A stretch of DNA of 61,994 nt, the filler included, from Sphacelaria rigidula (lineage: Eukaryota), in NCBI GenBank assembly GCA_964200075.2. It is 10 parts of 10 records of this genome, joined end to end, with 100 filler letters (N's around TTAATTAATTAA, not from the genome) between each part and the next. Parts side by side here need not be neighbours in the genome. Positions count along the whole stretch, not along the records: positions 18,631 to 24,740 come from CAXNAA020022161.1; positions 24,841 to 30,949 come from CAXNAA020022162.1; positions 31,050 to 37,158 come from CAXNAA020022163.1; 7 more parts are not named here. One strand, 5' to 3'. Made by a program: the position numbers and the translations under genes. Of this stretch, positions 21,949 through 33,567 are shown one piece after another; the first letter of the stretch is position 1, and each line of letters opens with the position of its first letter. A model generated the notes under the pieces. It searched no databases and was not told the DNA's origin. It worked only from the letters and a program-made list of their open reading frames with translations.

Positions 21949-24690
21949 TGTGTGGGAGATATCCATTTGCAGTGACATATCAGAGACTGATGTTACACAG
22001 GTATACAGACCCAGTGCAAGCAGGGACGAGGTGGGAACGTTCCGGAAGGACCAGATTCCCCGAGGACCCTGTAATGCCAACGAGACTAGACAACTCGGGG
22101 TAATGCCGGGAAGAGCCTAATATTCAGGACGGTTCAACATCCCCCGAGGAACCCGGTCGCCTCTAGCGACCACTCTGTGTCTGACCCACTTCTTGCCTAC
22201 ATCTCACAAGAGGAAATCATCGCCAGCTTCGGAGTTCCTTCGGCTCAGGACGACATCTCTTGGGACAGCTTCTTCCGTAGTCTGTCCCCTCTCGGATACG
22301 TCCTCTTTACACTGGCAACACCAGATTAAAACTCAAGTAAGACATCTAGTAGTAGGGCACACGTCTTTCACAATGCCGAGAAAGAAATCCGCCCACAAAA
22401 AATCCACCAGAACAACTACTCAGGGAAGGGCCACCGCGAAGACCCTCCAACGTCCAACCGCGGCCGTCACACCATCAGCTTCCACCTCGGCGGCGAAATC
22501 GGCAGAGCCCAGAGGCGCAGCACAGTCAGTAGTACCTGCGCCGGCCGACACAACCCTGCCCGCTCATCCCCCGTATAGCCACGAGGGGGAAAACGACAGC
22601 GACAACTCTGAGGACAGCGCCGATATCCGTCAGGTGTCCACCGGTTGGTTTGATGCGATTCGTGACCCCACCAATCTATCCTCATCCTCTACACCAACCC
22701 CTACGCCACAACCCACCGTCAAAGAAAAGGCAGCAGAGCTCGCATATAGGGCGTTGGAGAGGAGTGATGAGGAGGGCACGGAGCCAGCTCCGTGGGTGAT
22801 GCACGCTTTGGGGTTTTCAGTACCGCAGGAACAGGGAATTCACAGGTATTGAAATCGAGCAACCCAGTAGCGTCGGAAACAGAACATCTAAGTAACAGTA
22901 CGATGCTACAAAACAATACAAGTAAACCCCAGGATAGTGTCAACGATCCAGTCGATAATTTCGAGGTCGACCTGCTTCACACTACGCCGATCCAATCCAC
23001 AGAGAGCTCAGGGACTTTGACGTTAGATCCGCCAACAAGCCTCACTAAGGTACAAGAAAACAGCCACAACATAGAGCCTCTGTCTAGTTCAGTGCTGACT
23101 CCGCCATCTACAAGCCATAGTAGCACCATGAGAAGTAAAATTTTTTGATGAAACAATCGGGTCTTCCATCAACGTTAATCCTAGAAGGAAAACGGAGTGA
23201 GGACGTGCCAGCAATTCTTGATGCGCTTCTCAATCGACTTAGAATGCATGCCCTGACGATTGCACATAATCCACAGTACAGCGGCACGCCATAAAACACT
23301 CACCACTTTTTCTCAGAGGGTCAGCAGAAAAGCTATACACCCCTCTCGGAAGCGGAAAAGTAGAGTGGCGCCCACTAGCTGTACTGCAGGACCTCGAATC
23401 GAGAGGAGAAGATGCCGCACCTATCGCCCCGAAAACATGGACAGGATGGGTAGCGGCCTACACTCATCGCTTCTCTCCACCAAACCAACTTGCACTGTTA
23501 GCTCGTGCGATAGCGGATCTGAAACAGAAAGAAGATCAGAACGTAGACGACTATGCACTGGAGTGTACGACTTCGATGGACAGATTCGTGACCGAGGCCT
23601 TGCGGGTGAGAGTCCCTGACCACGACACGCTTCGCTTCATAATAGACGTGATCACAACAGCAGCATTTGAGACCGGGCTCAAACCCCATATCAGAGTTGA
23701 GATCGTGAGAGAAGATAGTACGTTCGACTTCCAAACTGCGACAGCACGAGCGAAAAAACACGAACAAAGCAATCTTCGCACATAACCAAACCAAACGGGA
23801 GACACTCCCCATGTGTCGGCCGCAACGGTAAATTCTCCACGTCCACAGCTAGCAGAAATGATAGCCGATCATGGCGCAATCCTTACGGATCTTCAGTTGC
23901 AGTTAAAAGCGATCAAAGGAGAGAGAGGGAAAGCGGAGAAACGGTCTGCTAGCAGAGACAGGAGCGCGAATAGATCAGGGGGAGAGTTGAAAAAGGTACG
24001 CTTCAAAGACAGTAACGATAAGAGTACATCCAACGACAAACAGTTGAGCGGTGAAACGAAAAAATCGGTCCATTGTGAGTACGCAGCATGCAGGTACAAG
24101 AACACACACGAGACAGCGGATTGTCGTCTTATGCAGAGCCATGTAGAGTTTGCAAAAAAAGTACAACCCGTGAAGGCGCCCAAGAGAAGACCCCTCGCCT
24201 GATCAGGGCAGAAACGGTAAATCCTTGCGTAGAAAATCGAGGGAAACAGAAGAACGCGAAATCGTCAACCCTCTGGCTCGTAAGATGGGAGAGTTTCATT
24301 TTTCTGACAGTACGGCAGACCAACCACGGAGAATGCGTAAGACGTCTCGGGTAGAGGTCAACCATGTACGGGATGAACACGAGCAGGAGCGTAGCAGCAG
24401 AGAGCAGAGTATAAATGGCGAATGCGTAGAACAGACGCAACGTATGTTTTTAGCTCCGCGGGCGGCTGTTGTGAGTAACTCATTGCAGACAAATAAAAAA
24501 TCGAAACACCAATCTTCGTTTTCAAACCCGATCCTAAATGATCACTGTTATGGCTCTTACAACGCATCTTTGCTTGCCAGATATACAGTTGCATCTTTAG
24601 CACTGTCCTGTGCATCAGCCCGTGTGAGAGTCACAGCCAGAGGAAACGGCACTCCCGCTGAAAAAATCACAATTAACAGCCGATCCTAAT
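21949..24690 (+). mobile_element. 5' part of a decayed LTR retrotransposon (probably Ty3/gypsy): LTR end at 22311, PBS-like TGG at 22313, frameshifted Gag ~22373-24202
   Basis: ...CTTTACA-C-TGGCAACACC junction. Low-complexity N-terminus; AFETGLKPHIRVEIVRE..FQTATARAKKHE (retrotransposon capsid CTD-like); CEYAACRYKNTHETADC Cys/His knuckle. LTR start approximate. Confidence 0.65.
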
Positions 24691-25457
24691 TTTTGGGGTT
24701 GAAACAAAAAATGAGGTTGAAGTCCCATTTCTCCATTGCANNNNNNNNNNNNNNNNNNNNNNNNNNNNNNNNNNNNNNNNNNNNTTAATTAATTAANNNN
24801 NNNNNNNNNNNNNNNNNNNNNNNNNNNNNNNNNNNNNNNNGGACGATTTTGCACCAATGTGCGAGGTAAGCGTTTTGTCCATTAATGATGCAGACACACC
24901 CGGCCGCTGAAAGCCATGAAAAGCCTGCTCTCAATCGTATCGTAGATTCTCAATCTCACGAAAACATTGTTGCACGTACGATACCTACGATACCACGGCA
25001 TTTCGAGATTTCATCACCTACCGCACCCGCTCAATCGGGGTATCCCATGCCGTGTATGCGTAGGTATCGTAGGTAGATAGGTACTGGACATAGAGGCCTT
25101 TTCGTGAATCGGGATCATTTTCAATCTTTTTCAAGTGAAAATGATGCCGATTCTCAAAATGATCCCTGCAATACCCCGAGAAACGTTTTCGCTCAAAAAG
25201 GGTTACCCTATACCGTAGCATCACTCAGGTACGTCCTGTTTTCACAAGTAACATAATATACTCAGATTCCCCCTGATTTGCGTGCTTGGGTGGATTTGAA
25301 TGAACTTACTATTATTTTGTAGTCTGAAGCGCGGTCGATTTTTTTGTTCTCGATCTGAAGGGTCCACCGCATTTCTGTTCTTCGAAAGCTTCAACTCCAG
25401 TTTGTAATTAGTGGCGCGCGGAGAATAACTATACAAAACAAAGAACCTAAGCTTCTC

Positions 25458-25695
25458 CGATCGAAAACATGCGGTCAACAGAAAAAGCGCGAAGCGGCAC
25501 TTGACTCCTACCTCACATCTTAAAAACAACAACCCCAGATAACACCCGCTCACAGAACCATGCTAACTCCATCCAACTCATTATTCTCAGCCACCATCCC
25601 AACCCTGCAGCATCGAGTACGAGTTGAGCACAGGGATATATACGCTGCAGAGTTGGGTACGCTTTGTTTATTTTTTGCTGGCGAAAACTTGCAAA
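25458..25695. repeat. Dispersed repeat, second copy at 54828-55050
   Basis: CGATCGAAAACATGC...CCAGATAACACC..TCACAG.ACCATGC.AACTCCATCCAA...AACCCTGCAGCAT...AGCACAGGGATA is shared. Confidence 0.85.
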
Positions 25696-28478
25696 TATCT
25701 CGGGCAGCAGTGTTGCGCGAAAAAAGAATCCAACGCAAGTGCCGGCATGCGCGCATGCAAGAATCATACTGTGTACAATTATGCACCTCATCATCTTTCG
25801 ACGCGGATTATTACTGTCTTTTCAGTAGTACCAGTCGAGCATTACTTTGCTTGTGAATATCTCCGCCGTCTTTGAAGGAACTGGCCTGATACTTGGCACA
25901 CAGGTAGACCACAACATAGACAGTATATTCTTCCCCGTTGGGCGGCACGTGTTGTTGGGGTTTGCGTAAGATGCACCCCATTGGCAATGCCGTCGATATG
26001 CCCTCGAAACGGCGCCTCCACTGCCCAGGCTGCGTGAGGCGGTAGTAGATGTTCATTTTGACACGCAGATGCACTCACTCCCACATCATGACCTGCTGGC
26101 TGCTGCCCCGGCAAACGAACACAGATCTGTATTTGGCATATTCTGGATGATGTCAATCTACGCGGTACGCGTCCTGGTGTCGCCTGTACAGGTGCTCACT
26201 TCAGGAGGCACGGCCGTGCAAGCGCTGTCAGTGCTTTTACGCGCTGAAACTTCGACTGCATGTTATGTAGACAACAGGTAAATAACCGCATCTTGCTGAA
26301 TCTAGGGTTGCGCAGTGTGTGCGTGTGTACGGGGGCGAAATGATGTCGAATTCTGTTCCGAATTGTTTCTCCTTTTTTCTCGGCGCAACACTGGCAGGTT
26401 GTTTATGTAATCCTGGTCTTTTTTTATCGATCCTTCATACCATACAGACACTGGCTATCCAATAGCGAAATGCTGTTTTATTGTAGAGAATACACATACT
26501 CCTAAATTACTCCGCAATAAATCATCGATGGGCAAACGGGTATTGTTGCAGTGGAGCGAAAACTGTACGATCCATGATACCGACACAAAGGGTCTGACAT
26601 ACTTGTACTAAGGTTAGTATGCCACCCGCTTTGTACCGACAGACTGACAGACCGTCGGCCGGTGCTGAGTGGCGACATAGTGGTGATTTTACTACAGGAA
26701 GGAGGGAATGACGATAATGAATTCTTCATCGGCTAGAGTGCCGCTGGCTCGGCCGTTCGACTGGACCCCGATTTATCTGGTCAGCTTCTGTCTGGTGAGC
26801 ATCGCCCGAGCAGGATGTTGACTTTCGGCGAAGAGCGTCAATCCCTATAATAACAAGAACAACAACATACTGTAAATGGATCCCATCGTATTTGATATCA
26901 CTGACTGTAATCACCGTCTTTTCATGGCTGATCGTTTGTTTGTTGTCGTATTGCTGTGATCTACGGTCCGTTTTGTCACTGATCAGTGCATCTCCGCAAC
27001 TTTCCCGCTTTGTCTCACTCGCTGGGGAAGATATTACTTGGTTCAGGCGAAGATTGTGCATAAGCATGCTCTTGCACCGTGACCTGTGCTAGGAGCGTAC
27101 TCGTCGCAAAACACCGTCGTGTTTTGCACTACGCTTTCAGACGTTCCTTGTTTTTTCGTTCCCCTCCTCTCGCGGTGCAACCGTTCACGGTAGTGCCACT
27201 GGATATCCCGTGCCTTTTCAGTGGAGTGACTGTGAGAAGCACAACAATCGAGCGAAGAGCATAGCATGCACGAGAGACCCTCATCATAGTAATGCAAGCA
27301 TAGCAATGCAAACGACGCCCCCCTTTTGAAAAATAGCGTCTTGCTGGACTACTGCCACCGACCGGTGGGTGTTTGCTGGCTTCCCCACGGAAAGGCGGGC
27401 AGTAATTTCGTTTTCCAAAACCCCCTCATATTGCACTGTTGTTGCACGAGTACCATTACTCTGTTGCCCGCATCTCCTGACAGCTGGAACATTATACATG
27501 CGCTCTTCGTTTGCTCTTCATTTCAACCCGGCCCTCCCCCTGACCTGTGGATATAAATACGTCTTTGTTGTCGTTTTTTTTGGGGGGGGCTTCACCCGTG
27601 ATCGAGCATGACGCTGTGTACGATAGGGGTTGTCTTCTGTGTCGTTTGTACACGGAAGATGCCTACATACCTTGATCCGTAAGTGTATACATCTCTGAAC
27701 TCTGAGAGGCAGTGTCTTTTCATTTTTTTTCACTCGAACGAGTTCGTGCGGCAGATTAACCCGTAGACCGCGAGGTTAGTCTTCTGTTGAATCGACATCA
27801 ATTTCAACTGAAAAGAAGTGTGCATGATCCAGAAAGACTAATCTCGCGGTCTAATAGGGTTACATTTGTTTCGCTGTGTGTGGGTCCGACCGAATTGGCA
27901 CGCTTTCACGCTTTGAGTCAAAAAAAGTTTGACGAAATTCTTGAAGCGGTACTTCAGACGTATTTATTTGTATGCAATGCCGAGATTACAGACAGTACAG
28001 ACAGCTGAATGTCTGCACAACAGTGCGTTTCGTACAGCATGCAAGCACGATGTGGTAAAGAAGCGGGTAACGTGACATGACAGCAGACAGCAGAGCTGTC
28101 TGTACTCTCTGCGTACAGGAGGATATGAAGTAGATTCGAACCCCGCCGTGTAGTTTTGCACTGCCTCTACAGCACTGCCCATGAGCGTGTAAGCAATTCG
28201 GTCGCCCACCCCAATGCACAACTCCGTCGGTGGATCCCACCACAAAGTCAGAGGCCCAGCTTCTCACCAACGAAAAAGAAACACATCACGCCAATACGGT
28301 AGTAGTGTCTTTTCCCCATCACTACTGCAATGTATGCATCCCCATGTTCAGTCCGTGATGCGTGCTGCAGGGCTGAGTTGGCAGCTACCAATAAACCATG
28401 TGGATCCTGCATACTTTAGTTCCGTAAAGGGGTAGTATCTGGCATGGTTGCAATGTTGGGAATCGAAGTGAATATAAC

Positions 28479-29256
28479 TAGTGTTGGATATCGTATCGAA
28501 ATTTCCGATATATCGTATCGAAATATCGTATCGTGCCGAGTATCGTCCCGATTACTGGATCCCGATACAATACGATATTTCGATACAATACGATACGATA
28601 ATTCGATAAATCACCACGGAACCCCCAGAAGCAAGCACGAAACCCCCACAACGCACCGGGTGGGGCACTACCCAGACGCGCACACTCAGCAGCGTATAGT
28701 ACACACAGCACACTACACTAGACAGCACACGGCACTGACAAAGTAACCTCACTGCGGCCGGAGATTTCATGAGTATCTCGTCCTCGGGAGCGGCTGCATC
28801 TGCCCCAAGCGAGTAGTAGTAGCGTCGTAGCCTTGTTTTTCTTGGGGGCGCTCGCGTGTGGGGGACTGCGGAGTGCCGTTGATAAGATGAATCACCAAAA
28901 ACGCTGAAACAACGTATCATTTTGCCTACACGTCCACACGTCCATACACATATAAATAAAAATTATTGAAAAACTGGTGAAACACTTGGCACGGCCGGGT
29001 TTATTTTATGGTAAAAAATGATGGCAAATGAAGGGAAATAACGCGAAAACGCCCCAATTCTCTGCCTCCGGCGGCGCCTCCAGCGGGCCCCCCTCACCAG
29101 CCGGGGGGGGGGCGAAGGGGCTCGCACAGCGAGCTGACAGCACATTCGCGCGTCAGCTTCGCTGTGCTCGCGGTTCGCCGATAAATTTTGACTTCGCCGA
29201 CATTTATCGATATCGATATCGTATCGAACTCATTGATCGAACGATATCCAACACTA
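28479..29256. mobile_element. hAT-type MITE, 778 bp
   Basis: Perfect TIR TAGTGTTGGATATCGT / ACGATATCCAACACTA, an exact 8-bp TSD AATATAAC (28471-28478, 29257-29264), and TATCG/CGATA subterminal repeats. Confidence 0.93.
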
Positions 29257-29746
29257 AATATAACGTTCAGTACGATTTGGCAAAAATACATGGACTAAAA
29301 AACGTCGACATCGGTATTTTTATGGATACTCGGAAAATGGCCAAAACCCGATTTCCTGGTCTCCTAGTCTCCTCTGCATTTTTTTGCTATTTTTGAAGGG
29401 TCACAAGACCAAGAAGAGACCCCAGAAAAAAGCCCGAGGAGAGCCGGGGTCAAAATGGAGACTATTATGGCCTAAAATTTGGAGTTGTACACGGATTTTT
29501 AAGTTGGCGTGACCTAGGAGGTGTGTATCTCTACAACAGCACCCCAAGAAGATAAATATCAGAAGGTGGCATTTTGACGAAACAAGGAAGGTGACAATCA
29601 TTTTGTGATACAGGTATATAGCGATGGTGACGTGACGGTTCACAAATTCATTTTCACGAGAAATCGCACGCCGTTCCAATGTAGGGGGAAAGATGAGTGA
29701 TGTCATGACGAAAACAGCACACGAATAGACCAGCGACCTCAGGCAG

Positions 29747-30667
29747 GGCGGCAATCACGCGCAAGGGTGTACGGGCATTGTCGCGGGTCGGAATGCGGAC
29801 GGCCTCCCGCTCGAGAAAGAGAAAAAGGAAAAGCAACAGCAGCAGCAGTAGCAGCGTTACTGCTAGTGGATATATACGGCTGTGGGTGGGGTTGAATCAG
29901 CCGGTGCCGACACTGCTGCTGCTGTTGCTGCTCTTCCTCGGACGAGAAACGGTCGGCGTTTTGATGGTGCGACAACACCCACGCACGTTGCCCGTGATGG
30001 CCGTCGTGCTGGAAAGCGCTAGTCCGTACTACGGGCCGATGGATCCATACTTCCTCACTCGGCTAAGTTTTGGGACAAATAGCAGTGCGAATCTCTCTGT
30101 GGTAGCTGTGCACGTGGAGTGTGCCTCACACGCGTTGTTATCGCTGGTGATGCGAATAAAGGCAGCGTCCACTATAGGAAAAACAAGTGATACGCACTGA
30201 AAATGCAGTGGGGGTGACAACGACAATTGATTTTAAGTAGAGAGGCAATAACGCGCCGGGTGGTGGACATTGTCACGGGTCGAAACACTAACCGCGTCTA
30301 CCACACGAAAAGGATTAAGAGCATGAACAGCAACAGCAGCAGCAACAGCAGCAGTAGCAGCTTTACTGCCAGTAGATGTGTACGGCTGGGGATGGGTCTC
30401 AATCAACCGGTGTCAATACTGCTGTTGCTGCTGCTGTTGCTGCTCTTCCTCGTGCGAAAGACGGTCCGCGTTTCGATCATGCGACAACGCCCACTCACCT
30501 TGCGCGTGATAGCCACCGTGCTGGAGAGCGATAGGCCACACTACCCGCCGATGGGCCCATGCTTGTTCACTCGGCGAAGTGCTGGGAGATACAGCTGTGC
30601 GCACCTCTCTGTGGGAGCTGTGCACGACGAGTGTGTCTCGCACGCGTGGATACTGCTGGCGATGGAA
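29747..30667. repeat. Two tandem ~420-bp units, each containing a ~260-bp foldback with CAG/CTG arms
   Basis: 29747-30158 aligns with 30242-30667. Within each unit the left arm is the approximate reverse complement of the right arm. Confidence 0.8.
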
Positions 30668-31049
30668 ACCAGCTGTGCGCCTATGAATAGTTACGTGACT
30701 TTTATGCTTCGTGTCAGTAACATTGCATCTTCAACTTCGGCAAGACAGCACTGCCTGCCAACTGCAGTTGTTCGGAATGCAATAGTAGTACAGCAGCTCA
30801 GGTAATCCAGCAGAGACCAGACAGGTTTGGCAAAGTTTAAATACACCATTGTGCAGTGACAGATGCATCACATGAGAGAGCTGTCTGCGTGCGCTGCTGT
30901 ACAACAAAACATGATATGTCCCATTTTACTTCTTGTGCCAACTTTTGAANNNNNNNNNNNNNNNNNNNNNNNNNNNNNNNNNNNNNNNNNNNNTTAATTA
31001 ATTAANNNNNNNNNNNNNNNNNNNNNNNNNNNNNNNNNNNNNNNNNNNN

Positions 31050-31087
31050 TAAGGCAAGCAACAAATGAGTACGCCCCCCCCCCCCCG
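31050..31087 (+). repeat. 3' end of short dispersed element ending ATGAGTACGC(C)n; other copies at 36807-36878 (+), 61746-61816 (-), 61889-61950 (+)
   Basis: TAAGGCAAGCAACAAATGAGTACGCCCCCCC is shared among the copies. Confidence 0.85.
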
Positions 31088-31092
31088 CCCCC

Positions 31093-31246
31093 CGTCAACT
31101 TATTATTGTCTTCGCACGTTCTTACGCTTCCAACGGTGGAGATTATATAGTTCGAGGGGGGGAAACCGAAGCATCTCGCGGAAATCGAACCCACGTACCC
31201 TCCACCCTGATGGTGACAGTTGGACCAGCTGACCGTAGGGGGCGGT
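31093..31246 (-). mobile_element. Diverged tRNA-derived SINE head and body
   Basis: Minus strand reads GCCCCCTACGGTCAGCTGGTCCAACTGTCACCATCAGGGTGGAGGGTACGTGGGTTCGATTTCC...TCCACCGTTGGAAGCGTAAGAACGTG, aligning to 12121-12260. Confidence 0.75.
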
Positions 31247-31295
31247 GGTATTGGTTGAATGATGACACACATTTCACCTTGCTTGCGATCCTCAG

Positions 31296-31475
31296 GTAGC
31301 GAGTCAGTGCAGCAAGAGCAACAGTGTCGTCAGCAAAGGGAGCAGTTACAGGAGATTGTCCCCGGCCGGATTTGCGTACAAACCGGGTCACCACGTCCTC
31401 GATATCGAAGAGCAAGAACGACGGGAGCTGGAAAAGCTGCACGGCCGGGTACAAGAGGAAACACTGTATCAAAAG
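31296..31475 (+). CDS. Candidate internal exon of an unknown gene
   Basis: CTCAG| ... AAG|GTAAGC, 180 nt, open in two frames. No recognisable domain. Confidence 0.45.
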
Positions 31476-33317
31476 GTAAGCTCGCCGATCGCATGGTTTT
31501 CATTGCTACCGGTACACGTCACACTTATATGAGCGAAGCCGGCCTTAAGGTTGAACAGCGAATAGCCATCGACGTTGACCGTCGTCAAGTGTATTGGACC
31601 GTGCCCTCTGTTTGACTGCATAACACTTACCTAAAGGACATGGTTCGAACGCGCTGCCTGTAGGCAAGAAAAGACTTGATACCGATGAAGATTTGAAGTC
31701 GATCAGACAAGGTGGAGCCAGAGCGAGCGAAAAATGTGGGCTCACGAACAAAACTCATGTGTTCTCTAGCGCCCGTATTCTCGCTCCTCCGTCCTGCCAC
31801 TATTTTCCGCCACTGTCCTGCCACTCAATCATGCTCGAAAGTCAGTTTATCAAATCTACTTATGTCGAATTGACATCACTTGCTCCGCTTTTTACCGTGA
31901 CAGACATTTCAAAATGTCGTGATGCAGATGGCAGTATCCAACATTATATCTTGCGCTACGATTAAGCTGGTAAGCATTGCCTAGATAGATGGTGTGACCC
32001 ATATCCCTTAGAACCGACTGCCCTGTGCACAACGCGCTCCATGAAGCGTTGAACAAGCAGGCACTGTAACACACTACAGATTAAATTTCCGACGAGCACG
32101 CCTGGATATGTGTGCGGTGACCATGAGCAACAGCCGAAGTTGTTTTCCGCTCTCGTATCCCTGCCGTAAATTCGACTCACCGACAGAAACTACGACAGAG
32201 AAAGGCTGAGCAACGACAGCAGCAACAAGGAGGTTCGAGCGGCAAGAGCTCACGGCATACCCCCGGGTCAACGTCGATCACAACATCCACTCGAGCACAC
32301 CAGAAAATTCGTCCCCCGCTGGTGGTGCCCCCATTACCTAGGGTCCTACACGGTGTGCTCCCAAACGACACGAGCAGTCGCTCCTCTATTGCATCGACGT
32401 CAGGCGCAAATATGCTGTCGCTCACAACGGCGGAAGACGGCCGACCACATCTCACGATAGCGAAACCACCGTTGGCTTCGCGGCCCTCCAAGAACACGTC
32501 TACCTCAAGACGGCGGGTCTATGATGACTCCTGCGCCCCGCGATCTTCTGTGAATGACCATGAAACGAACAGCGCTGAGTCGGGGTCGTCTGCAAAGTAA
32601 GCCGTCGCCACTTAGTACGGCACCGACAGGTGTAGATTATGCATTTCGTCACAAACCCGACATCTTCGATATGAAGTGTCTATAAGGTACCCAATCCCGT
32701 GGGGGGTTCGGGGAGGGGGCTTACGAAGAAGCTCAACAGTGTCGTGCCACCTTCGTGTTTCAGAATGTACTGAGTTCATACCGACGACATCCATACACCT
32801 TGACTGATGTTCACCTCCGCAGCACGCCGCGGCGTGACCGTCGGTTTGCAGTTACTCACCTATTCGTTAAGCAAGGAGATTGAGAGACGCAGTGGATTAC
32901 AGGTTCACTATTCCGATATAAAAGGTCTGCCGAACCCACGGTCTTTCTTTGACAAAGGTTCTTCGACGAAGCATTGGCCCCTCTCCCCGAAACTCCCAGT
33001 CGGTGACGTTACGCCGTGGCGAGGCGAGGCCTGCATGATTTCAATGGAAATAATGCCCCTACCACCAGTGGCAAGTGATATCCTGATACCATTGGTGGCA
33101 AACACCTTCGCTCTTGTCAGACACTTGCACTACATGTGTTGCCTATAGAGTACTGTCAAGGCGATATATTTCGGCCCTCTGCGAAATTCAAGTACTTTTG
33201 GGCAACTGCGACGCTGCAAAGCTCCGTGTCTGTCGTTTATCGAGTAGTGGTTAGGTCGGGTGAGGGTTTCTGCTGGCAATGTAGCGAAAGGAATGCCAGT
33301 CGCGAGAGTATACTGAT

Positions 33318-33567
33318 GAGTCATCCTACGATAGGGGGGTGGGGGTATTTGGTTGCATGAAAAAAAGGCTCATAAATGTGTCAGATCACCTACCGCACTC
33401 GCCGTGCGCTTGTATTTGGTTCAAAACTGTGTCTATCGGTATGAATGAGCGTTATTTATCTTCAACAAGCTCGTCCGAGCAACCGTTGCTGCTTTGAACG
33501 ACGATTTGACTCGGAACTTCGTGCAAGAAATGACCCAAAATACCCCCCCCCTATCGTAGGATGACTC
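33318..33567. mobile_element. Sola2-like MITE, 250 bp
   Basis: Perfect TIR GAGTCATCCTACGATAGGGGGG / CCCCCCTATCGTAGGATGACTC, with 4-bp TSD TGAT on both sides. Confidence 0.9.

Noticed and set aside
25900..28270. Possible exons with AG/GT boundaries on both strands
   Set aside because: Could not be joined into a consistent frame, and no recognisable domain.
29778..30805. Paralogous poly-Ser/poly-Leu membrane protein ORFs
   Set aside because: The runs come from CAG/CTG microsatellite arms of an inverted repeat; no splice or domain support.
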